Shown piece by piece: positions 1 to 8,405 of a stretch of 13,254 bases of DNA; position 1 is the first letter of the stretch; each line of letters opens with the position of its first letter. The stretch is from Ramazzottius varieornatus. Its lineage: Eukaryota > Animalia > Tardigrada. The stretch lies in contig BDGG01000010.1 in assembly GCA_001949185.1 (NCBI GenBank), positions 1 through 13,254 of the forward strand, given 5' to 3'. The position numbers and the translations under genes are program-made. A model generated the notes under the pieces. That model saw only the letters and a list, made by a program, of their open reading frames with translations, was not told the origin of the DNA and ran no database searches.

Positions 1-1017
1 ATGGTATACCTATCTGAGAAAACGATAGACAGTTTGGAAAATTGTCCAACCCTACCGGCAATTGCGATGGGCGCACCATGCCGCCGGAAAGGGGAACCAC
101 GAATAAAGGATCGCTCACCTGTGGGTTGATCAGAATACCCGTTATCCAAGTCCATCACGGGTAAAGAATATGGTTGGTTGGGCATAATCCCGTACCTTGA
201 AAACAAGCGGTCGGCGTTGAAGTATCTCGTTCACAATTATTGCCGGGCCTACCATCGACGACACGGACGTAACGGGCAGGAGTGGTCCGCTGGGAAGTCC
301 ACGGGCTATCCATCGCTGATCGAAGTCCGCGGCATGGACACTTGTTGGTTTTTCTTGGTAGAACTGCCGCGGTGCGTCTGTAGAACAGCTGATTCGTTTT
401 CGGTTTTATCAACGCGCAAGACTGATGCATATCGCTGAGTCTTACAGTTGTCGTAAAGAAGGCACAAGGAATTATCGGCTGCTCGATAGGTTTGGTAGTT
501 CGAGTTATTTGAAATCAGGGAATCCGCTGCAACGCATGTTTGCGCGGTCGTGTATCCAGCATTGGTTTGACCATACTGCTGGCAGTCGACTGAGAAGGAT
601 AATTTGTCATTGGTTGTACAGTTCGGATCGCAGCAGCAGTTTGTATCGCATATGACTGTTGTCAAATCACATGGGCAGGATCCGATACCTAGCAGAAGAA
701 ATTTTCCGGATGGGTTAAGTAGAACGGTTGTAACCAGGATGCGTCTTACCGTGGTACCCAGAAGCGGAACTACTGGAAACCGATGAAGTCGCTGTGGTGG
801 AGGAACCTGGGGGTGCAGAGGTTACGGTAATATTCAGAGGCGAGTAGTTTGCGGGGTAATTGTGAGCAATAGCGATGGAAGAATTGGCGTTCGACGGAGA
901 AAGGTCCATCATGGAGATGTTGGCCACAACCTGATTGAAGTCGCTCTGGGCAAGCGCCCCTTCGATGATGATCCATACTGTACACAAAGTGACTGAACCC
1001 TCTACAAAAAAATACAT
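1..1017 (-). CDS. tctn: Tectonic family ciliary transition-zone protein, N-terminal part (spliced; continues off the left edge)
   Basis: Manual splicing gives exons 1017-750, 688-446, 377-196 and 118-~10. Introns are 749-689 (GTAAGA..CTAG, 61 bp), 445-378 (GTAAGA..ACAG, 68 bp) and 195-119 (GTACGG..ACAG, 77 bp), with consistent phases and no stops. The product has a signal-peptide-like start (MYFFVEGSVTLCTVWIIIEGALAQ), an S/T-rich linker, then GSCPCDLTTVICDTNCCCDPNC, the CxCDLTxxxCDxNCCCDxxC signature of tectonics, then SLCLLYDN, FKVSDPLFV and QLPVGLDNFPNC. An in-frame upstream ATG exists at 1113. Confidence 0.9.
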
Positions 1018-1119
1018 TTTGTGTGCCGCTATAAGAATGTCGTCGAAAGATACTAAGCAATGGCGTGGAGAATATTTTGACAAACCGGAAGTGCTGTTTC
1101 CTTCGGTGCTCATTACCGG

Positions 1120-1189
1120 CTGTGCAAATGCGATCAATGCGAAAATCGATATCGCACCGCGTCACTTGCATTCCTGCATTCGTGCTCAC
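1120..1189 (-). other. Probable 5'-UTR intron of the tectonic gene
   Basis: Minus strand has donor CAG|GTGAGC at 1189 and acceptor TTTGCACAG| at 1120. Length is 70 bp, matching the other introns. Confidence 0.5.
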
Positions 1190-1409
1190 CTGAACAGCTA
1201 GTTTTCGAGTGGCGTCCCTTCTCGTACAGCAACAGAGGAGACAGACAGCACTGGGACCACAATTTCTGTACACGCACGCCGAGGGATTTTGGACCACTAA
1301 GAAATATGGGCCAGGCGATTCCGAAACAGCGGCAAGGAAGTACGCTATAGCCCACTTTTACTAATTCAAAACGCCGCCGTGCCCGCCGCGATTGCATGTA
1401 TATGGTCCG

Positions 1410-2950
1410 TCCTTTATATATACTGCTATCCATTTATTTTCACTGTACTCTGAGAAAGCAGAAGCTATTGATCCAACTTCCTGATGTACCTGCTGCGTGG
1501 ATTGAATTATTTGCGATCACTGCTTTTGCGACCCATTTTCGACAGTACAGTAACCACTTTGCATTTAGTGCTATTGCTTCAACACATGGAATAAATCGAG
1601 TTCCTGGCGATCCGTCCAATCTCATTCTACATGGCAAGACGTACCACCGTATCCTACCGGGCCAATGCGAGTCGGGACCCTTGAGATTCTTCCTGTATGA
1701 TGGATTGAGTGATAGTAATGGTGAGGTTCATCTGGAAGGTCAGTGGGTTGAAACCATACGCGAAGAGTTGTCTCGCGTCAGCCCTTTTTGGAACAAGCTG
1801 AAATCCTTATCGGAAGAGACTGCGAGGTTTGCGAAACTAGAGCTGACGGTAACAGGAGCTCGTGAGATTGCTGCGCTGATTGTAATTGAACCCAAAAATC
1901 CCATCAGTGCGAAGACCATAGTCTATTGGCGTTGGACTAACAAGGCACCCGTTTTCATCAGTTCCAAATCTGCGCTGTATTTTCCACTTCAGTACGTACT
2001 GATAGAGCCTGATGGGATGCCTGGATGGAGCGAAGAAATCAAGAATACGATTAGGCAATTAGCGTATTACAACTGTTGATGCGACACAAACCGATGCATA
2101 AGCTCGGATCACTGCTTAAAGAGTTCCTCGTGGACATTTTCAGTGCAGTAGAAACCGACCGTCTTAACTTCAAGCTCAAAAGGCAGAAGAGGGTTGTGAG
2201 AAAGGGTGATCTATCGCAGCTAAGGAGCGATGAAATGATTAACGCGGACGGTGAAATTAAGATTGGGCGAGTTTACCTCGCTTCTGAGTTTCTTGGATTT
2301 CCACGCCATCAACAAGAGTTAGTTGCTGATGCAATAGCTATCGTGAAGCGTTTTGGGAATCCTACCTTTTTTATAACAATGTCCTGTAATTCCAGATGGC
2401 CGGAGATCACTGCGGAACTGCGCCCTGGACAGACAGCTGCAGATCGCCCCGACATCACGGCTCGTGTGCCATGGAAAACTTGCTCAGCTTTTTGAGCTGA
2501 TTCCAAAGGCACTCAAGTGTGGAAAAGTTATCTTTTAAATACACGTAATTGAATTTCAGAAACGTGGTCTTCCACATGCTCACATTGCTATCAAAGCGCA
2601 GAATAAGCCTAGAACGGCAGAAGAAATCGACGCTGTCATTAGCAGCTGCCTACCTCGTGATTACCCGCAGCTGAAAGGAATTATAGAATCACTGTACATC
2701 CATTCCTGCCGACCAGAACGTTGTCACAAAAAGCAGGAGATCACGAGTAATTACAAAGAATCGCGTTACGAGCGGGAATACCCTTTTGTCCTAACCTCCG
2801 TCAATACTTCTGCATTTTCCCTGCTTTTTTCGATCCTCAGTTTACAACCCGTTTATTATAAGTTAAATCCGGTTATTACACCGCGATCCTTCTAGTTTTT
2901 CAAAATCATCGACAAGCTGCGAGCGAGCCGAAGGCGAAGCGAACAGCTTG
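1410..2950 (+). mobile_element. Internally deleted Helitron (5' boundary uncertain)
   Basis: The Rep fragment is followed by a pyrimidine/AT-rich tract and a GC-rich terminal hairpin ending CTTG|T at 2950, which recurs at 7935-7980. The candidate 5' end TCCTTTATATATAC near 1410 is not preceded by the expected A, so the left limit is approximate. Confidence 0.7.
1440..2790 (+). pseudogene. Helitron RepHel fragment (N-terminal region plus Rep motifs I-II), disrupted and truncated
   Basis: Translates to FRQYSNHFAFSAI..GDPSNLILHGKTYHRI, LYFPLQYVLIEPDGMPGW, EFLVDIFSAVETDRLNF, YLASEFLGFPRHQQELVADAIAIVKRFGNPTFFITMSCNSRWPEI..DRPDITARV and HVIEFQKRGLPHAHI (HUH, His codon at 2575). These match canonical Helitron Rep motifs. 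Frameshifts occur at ~2075 and ~2469 and an in-frame TAA at 2536-2538. The catalytic YxxKY motif and the Pif1-like helicase are absent. Confidence 0.92.
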
Positions 2951-2951
2951 T
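2905..2951 (+). repeat. Helitron-type 3' terminal hairpin, copy 1
   Basis: ATCATCGACAAGCTGCGAGCGAGCCGAAGGCGAAG-CGAACAG-CTTGT. The inner hairpin is GCC-GAA-GGC and the outer stem is ACAAGCTG/CAGCTTGT. The first 35 bp are identical to the reverse complement of 7946-7980. Confidence 0.75.
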
Positions 2952-3621
2952 ATCAAACGATTGTTGTACGACGGTGTAAGTTTCTGTGCCAGCAAGCACG
3001 GCGCACAGAAAACGTTGCCAACAATCAGGTAAGTTGTACTGAGAGGAGATCCCGGAAGAGCTTGCCAGACTGCTGTCTGAGTCATCAGTTTGCCGCAGCA
3101 TGGAAAGCTCTTCCGGGCACTAGTCCAAACATTGCGAGCGTGTATCAGCCAGAGCAGTCAAACGATCGCATACAAGCTCTTCTACGTCACCCTACACAGA
3201 CAACAGGCGTGCCGACACGTCACGTTTTGAATAACCAGTCAAAAACTGAGCCAAAAAGAATCGCCTATAAAGTGCGCACTTACGCGACTAATTCGCTACA
3301 ATGCACTTCCTGTCAGTTTTCTACGGTTGAGTTCTCAGTTTGCCGTCGCTCCCGCCTGGCCCAAACTTCTTAGTGGCCCAAACTCCCTCCGCGAGCGTGT
3401 ACTCCTCTACTTGCGCACCTGATCAAGATCTCTTACTACCATACATGACCGCGGTATCGGTAAGAGTTTTTGTCACATTTTGTAGTCGTACGGATTGGGC
3501 CTGCATAACGGTAAATCTCGAAGTGCAGCGTGACTTGATGGCGCATAAAGGAATATAAATACTACAGTAGATCAACAGAGTCGCTATGCGTACTTGAGAG
3601 GTCTTAGTACACCTCATTTAA

Positions 3622-4652
3622 TCATTTGTGAAACCGCCGGATGAAATCCAAAGCCATATTGCGAAGTTCCGTATTCCCCAGTACCCCCAGCATAGGATCA
3701 GTGACAATAGTCAGCCACTCGAGGATATCCGCAATAGCGAAGAACCCGGAAAAATCCGTATCGGTGAATATCAGGATCGTGTAATAGATCTCATTAGGAA
3801 TCAGGCAGACGATGACACTCAGAGTCATGAACGTTAGGGTGACAAGCTGCTACTGAGTGTGAATCCGCAGATGTGCTCTTTCTTGCTCTTGCTGTGTCCA
3901 TGACTCGTCTCGGTCACCAATGACCCTCGGCGAGCGCGACTATTAGTCGTATTGGGCGCAACTTTCTGGGTCACACGGCTTCCGAAGAAAGATTTGTAGC
4001 ATACGACAGGGTAAGCCAACAGGACAAACACTATAGGTGCATCGAAAAAAGCTATCTGCTTTATGGAGCCCTAAATGCCTAATTGGAGCGGATCCGAATT
4101 ACACTTGAGCCTGCCGTTGAGTGTTCCGGGTGTGATGTAGGACGTAACGAGCGCTACTGGAATGTTGACGATATTTAAAAACAGCCATGGTGCGACACAA
4201 TGCAGAATGGCGACTTTTGTTGAGTGGTGTGTGCGGTATGAGAACGGAAACAGAACTGCCCATACTCGATTCAGTGCGATGAGAAAGTGTGCAACGATGA
4301 CTAGGTTCTGATAGGTGAAACTGACGTGACCCCAAAAGATACATGCTTGCAATCCCAGATACCAGCTCGATCCGTACCTGTCGATCAAGTTGAATGGTCC
4401 GTGCACAAAAACCAAGATGGTGTCAATGGCCAGCAGGTTGATCAAGTAAACCCCGAAAGGGTTGCCCAAGCTGCGACGCTTGACAAAGACAATCAGTTGG
4501 CCGACGCTGAGAATCCCGCCGGCAACAATGGCAAAAAAAGCGACTCCGGCTGGAAGTGTTAAAGGTTCAGCTTGCGTTGTGCTCGCACCGGCATTCGTCA
4601 GAGTAATGTTCCCGCAACCTGCGTCTTTAGAACAAGAAGTGGCGTTTTCCAT
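3622..4652 (-). pseudogene. Intronless class A (rhodopsin-like) GPCR, disrupted
   Basis: Three ORF-track pieces join into one 7TM protein. From the ATG at 4652: N-glycosylation sequons NAT and NIT, TM1, NPFGVYLINLLAID (TM2), WYLGLQAC, IALNRVWAVLFPFSYR (end of TM3, NRV in place of DRY), TM4 and the ECL2 Cys. Next is an in-frame TAG at 4071-4073 (LGI*GSIKQIAFFDAPIVFVLLAYP, TM5), then a frameshift near 3845-3860, then VTLTFMTLSVIVCLIPNEIYY (TM6), VTDPMLGVLGNTELR (TM7/helix 8) and the stop at 3622. Confidence 0.88.
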
Positions 4653-5012
4653 CGTGGTCACAGTTATCGAAATCCCGGTTCACTCCTTTGAGTTGTTCGA
4701 GAAAACTCTTGGGTAGTGATAGAGTGTAGCCGGTTGCAATTGGTTAACCACTGACGAGTGATCTAGGTGATAGCTATCCCGGCCTCCTTATACATCTGGG
4801 ACAGGTACAGCGCAAAGAGGTATCGCATGATGAATGGGACAAAAACTGAAATCTGGAAAGTGCATGCATTGGCGGATCGGCCCGACAGGAAAGACGTGCC
4901 ACAAGCGCGGGGTGGCCGGTAAGGTCGTGTCCCTTTGGGAATGGATGTTTTCTGGTCGACAACGTGAAAATGGATTTTGGAAGTCGAGGTTTCCTGGACT
5001 TTGAGAGACGAA

Positions 5013-5057
5013 AGGGGCTGGACTCTCAGGGGCTGGACTCTCAGGGGCTGGACCCCC
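5013..5057 (+). repeat. 15-bp tandem repeat x3 (AGGGGCTGGACTCTC)
   Basis: Two perfect units at 5013-5027 and 5028-5042, and a third unit AGGGGCTGGACCCCC at 5043-5057. Confidence 0.9.
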
Positions 5058-6264
5058 AGCCAGGGGTGGAATAGAAATTCAGTTAGGATTTTCAAAATTG
5101 GCCGATAAAACTGCTTAAAACACATAGTAAAAAGGTATATAGTTCATTAAGTTTTAAGGCTGCGTTCATCAGAAATTCTGTGGTCGTTTGATGTCTGACG
5201 TTTTTTTTGCTCGAAGATAGAAATAGTCATGGGCACTACGGGAAGTCAGAGCCTAGACCGGGAAGTCATTCGTTGAATAATTTTGCAACGTAAAGTACAA
5301 GAGCAGCACTCGTCTGCGGCTCGCTCTTGACTACGGGGGGTTGAAGTTTTCGTGGGGTGTCGTGGTCAATTTATGATCTTTCCGTAGGGCACCCGAGAGC
5401 CGCTCTTTTGCACCAGTACCGTGCACTCGTTTGAACAGACAATATTTGCAAAACCTTCCCCAGCCAAACTTTTTCACAAACGCAATTTAGTACTTTCTCA
5501 CAGAAAACGAGACCACCCGAAATTAGCATCAAAAGAGATGGTAAGCGAGTCCCTGCGCTTCACCCTTCGCCCATCTTTTACGCACGGCTGACCGTCTCAC
5601 AAGCTAGATACCGCAGCATAAAAGCATTACTAGCTGTCAAACGGCCTTTCGTTCCTCGCCCAAGCAATTTGTTTTAGTATATCCAGAAAAAAAGCACGAA
5701 TAGCAGGGTTTTCGTCAACTTGCTCAGGTAATGTTTCGCAAATTTCTTCTGCAGAGCTCATAGTGATCGCGCACTCAACCACGAGATAAGGCATCATCGC
5801 CCAGCGTTATAAGCTGTCGGCAGTCAGCTGCTGGCCTAGCGTACACACTCCCAACCGGGCAGCATTCACTGATCACGTGGTCGAGTACGCGATAAGCCAT
5901 GAGCACTACAGTAGCTTGCTAGTTTCAAACGACCTTCGCGTGATCTTGTGCGATTTCGCACACTTCGTTGCCGATGTCATACCAATGTGAATTCTAATTA
6001 GCTTGATTAATCAAGAGTAAGTAAACTGATGTACGAGCAAGCACGTTTAGGATTTCTTCGAAGAAACAAAAACTGGTCCCATCCGAGCGTGTCGAGGATA
6101 TGGTGTTCCGATTTCTGCTCAAACATTCCTTCTCAAAAGATCCACGACCTCGTCAGAAGCCTTTTTCGGGTTATAACAGTATAGGAGTAGGATACGAAGG
6201 GAGGGTTTTTAGGGCTAATAATGCACTTTCTCTCTACTGTTTCTTCTTCTCCTAATGTAACGTA

Positions 6265-6429
6265 CAGTTCACGACAAAATAAACCGTTAAAAATGGGTGT
6301 ATGGAGCCAGATGGTTAAAGCCAATGATATTTGCGCATGCAGCAAAACCTAATTCTCAGTGGCTGAGCTGTAAGTAAGCTCAGCTGGAGTTTTACGCCCA
6401 TTTTTAACGGTTAATTTTGTCGTACACTG
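6265..6429 (+). mobile_element. 165-bp MITE, Tc1/mariner(pogo)-type, copy 1
   Basis: 33-bp TIRs CAGTTCACGACAAAATAAACCGTTAAAAATGGG and CCCATTTTTAACGGTTAATTTTGTCGTACACTG (3 mismatches), with TA on both flanks (6263-6264, 6430-6431). A second copy lies at 7754-7917. Confidence 0.9.
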
Positions 6430-6965
6430 TAGTTTCTTCTCCCCTAATGTACTTTCTACCCTACCGTACTTTTAAGTTTGATTCCAGCACTAGATGAAAG
6501 AGGCATGTCTAGTGCCTAGTTTGAGCTGAAGGAAGTTAAGCCGGGCCGCTGTCACGACATGAGAAAAAAGTTATACTTCCTACAAAGCAAAAGCGTGCAA
6601 GCGAAATGCGGTAAATCCATCTGGTGCGCTACAGCATCCCCATCTGGGTTTTGAAAACATTTCTGTTTCGTCCATCGGGATTCCATTTCTGATAAAAGTT
6701 TGCTTGTACTTTGTATTTCCTTCACACTGTAGTTGCTATTTGTCGAAGCGCTCAGAAATGATTTGTCATCTATTCGTGAATCTGCATTGCCACCATCGGC
6801 GCGGATAACGGGAAAGTAAGACACAAAATGTACGAGTTTACGAGAAAAATCGAAAAACGATGTTTTTTATCTTTTTGAAAAATCATTTCTTTTCCTGTGT
6901 GGATGCCAGCTGCCTCTTCTTTTGGAGATAGAGGGTTAAAGATATAGTGTATCTTAATTTGCTCA

Positions 6966-7100
6966 GGCGAGGTTGTTCAAGGCGGGAGTCAGACCCCGCA
7001 CGAAAAATCTTCTGGCTAATTTAACAATCAACGCACCCTGTTTTACTGCCCACAAGACTTCTCATGCGGGGTCCTGGTCCCTAACCTCAACAGCCTCGCC
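6966..7100. repeat. Degenerate hairpin element with ~45-bp inverted arms (old MITE-like)
   Basis: The left arm GGCGAGGTTGTTCAAGGCGGGAGTCAGACCCCGCACGAAAAATCTT aligns with the reverse complement of the right arm, GGCGAGGCTGTTGAGGTTAGGGACCAGGACCCCGCATGAGAAGTCTT. No TSD seen. Confidence 0.65.
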
Positions 7101-7138
7101 CATTGAAGTCTTTCGAACTCTGCGCTGACGCCTGCAAG

Positions 7139-7618
7139 CTATAGCAAGGGCGAACAGCCCTGTGTCCCTGTGGAAACGTGAGCGTAAAAAGAATGATTTT
7201 CGGCTTAGAATCTATTTTTTTAAGAAAGGAAACGGTAAACTGCAAGTCATCGTTAACCTCCAAACTTTTTAAATCCGAAGACCAACAATTCAAATCAGGA
7301 AAAACATATTTCTGGAATTTTTGAAAGAGTTATTCGTGAATCATAGTACACAGCTCCTTTGTTGCGTTGGGCGCAACGAGTCGCCACAAATATTAGCAGC
7401 GTACTATGATTCCCAAATAACTCTTTTCAAAAATTCAAAAATATGTTTTTTCCTAATTCGAAGTGTCGGTTTTCAGACTTGAAAATTTTGAAAGTTAACG
7501 ATGACTTGCAGTTCACAGTTTCCTATTTTTTTAAAAGAAAAGGATTTTAAGCCAAAAATTTGTTTTTTACGCCCTACGTTTCCCCAAGGATACAGGGCTT
7601 TTCGCCTCTGGGCTATAG
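7139..7618. mobile_element. 480-bp foldback/palindromic element with ~210-bp diverged inverted arms
   Basis: Arms 7139-7349 and 7401-7618 are reverse complements with scattered mismatches: CTATAGC../..GCTATAG, AACTGCAAGTCATCGTTAAC/GTTAACGATGACTTGCAGTT and GAATCATAGTAC/GTACTATGATTC. The spacer is 51 bp. No clear TSD, so the superfamily is unassigned. Confidence 0.8.
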
Positions 7619-7753
7619 TATACCATAGTGTGGCTCTGTGGACGTTCGGACGCGCACCCGTGCGAGTTGAGCAATCGGACTCAGAACTCCGGTCGACAGC
7701 CCTTGAGCCACTAATACCTTCCGGACTTACGTCTCACCATAATTGCCGTCATA

Positions 7754-7917
7754 CAGTGTACGACAAAATTGACCTTTAAAAATGGGCGTAACACTCCAGC
7801 TTTGCTTACTTACGACTCAGCCAAGAGAATTATGTTTTGCTGCATGCGCAAATATCATTGGCTTTAACCATCTGGCTCCATACACCCATCTTTAACGGTT
7901 TATTTTGTCGTAGACTG
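7754..7917 (-). mobile_element. 164-bp MITE, copy 2 (inverted relative to 6265-6429)
   Basis: TA-CAGTGTACGACAAAATT...TATTTTGTCGTAGACTG-TA. The interior GCTGCATGCGCAAATATCATTGGCTTTAACCATCTGGCTCCATACACCCAT is the exact reverse complement of the copy 1 interior. Confidence 0.9.
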
Positions 7918-7934
7918 TATTCTTATATATTTTA

Positions 7935-7980
7935 CAAGATATTGACTTCGCCTTCGGCTCGCTCGCAGCTTGTCGATGAT
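7935..7980 (-). repeat. Helitron-type 3' terminal hairpin, copy 2
   Basis: The minus strand reads ATCATCGACAAGCTGCGAGCGAGCCGAAGGCGAAG-TCAATAT-CTTG|T. It is 35/35 identical to 2905-2939 and has the same 7-nt spacing to CTTGT. Confidence 0.75.
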
Positions 7981-8405
7981 GTACTGTAAAAAAACGGAAA
8001 CGGGCAGAATAAAAATGTAAAGATTGAAAGTAATGTTCAGTTGGAATTGTCCAGCGATGTCGTCCGAAGTTCATTGTGTCTTTGACAGTTTGCGTTTCAA
8101 GACTAAAATATCTTGAGACCCGTAATCAAGCTCAGTAGAACAGCTACTCTTCGCTCTTTTCTGAGCTTATTCCGTTTGTAATACAGTCATTACTCGGGTG
8201 TACCTCGACTTTTATCGACCGGTTACTCACTCTCAGTAACTAGCCCACCTAGTCGACTCTTTCTGTTTTCGGGTTTTCGGTCTCAGAATTCTAGCGCGAG
8301 CCAAACCTTGGTGAAACATGAAACGATCATCTCATGAATCGTTAAATCGGTTTTCTTCGGGGTTGTTTCATTGGGTACTTCGGTGCTTGTTTTTTTGCGT
8401 AGCCA

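Noticed and set aside
155-1297. Overlapping short ORFs on both strands (178-438, 425-655, 604-786, 770-1297, 935-1201)
   Set aside because: These are antisense or off-frame shadows of the spliced tectonic gene, with no recognisable motifs.
2948-3617. ORFs 2948-3373, 3340-3558, 3423-3617 and a CAG|GTAAGT donor near 3028
   Set aside because: No recognisable protein features, and no consistent exon chain could be built.
3841-3850. GACAAGCTGC at the GPCR frameshift, identical to part of the Helitron terminal hairpin
   Set aside because: Only 10 bp, so plausibly chance; the rest of the hairpin is absent.
3628-4716. Plus-strand ORFs opposite the GPCR
   Set aside because: These are antisense shadows of the GPCR coding sequence.
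4763-5125. Minus-strand ORF with VQPLR repeats
   Set aside because: The peptide repeat is just the translated 15-bp minisatellite, with no other coding evidence.
6487-6520. Hairpin GCACTAGA..TCTAGTGC immediately followed by CTAGT, resembling a Helitron end
   Set aside because: There is no spacer between hairpin and CTAG and no second copy in the window.
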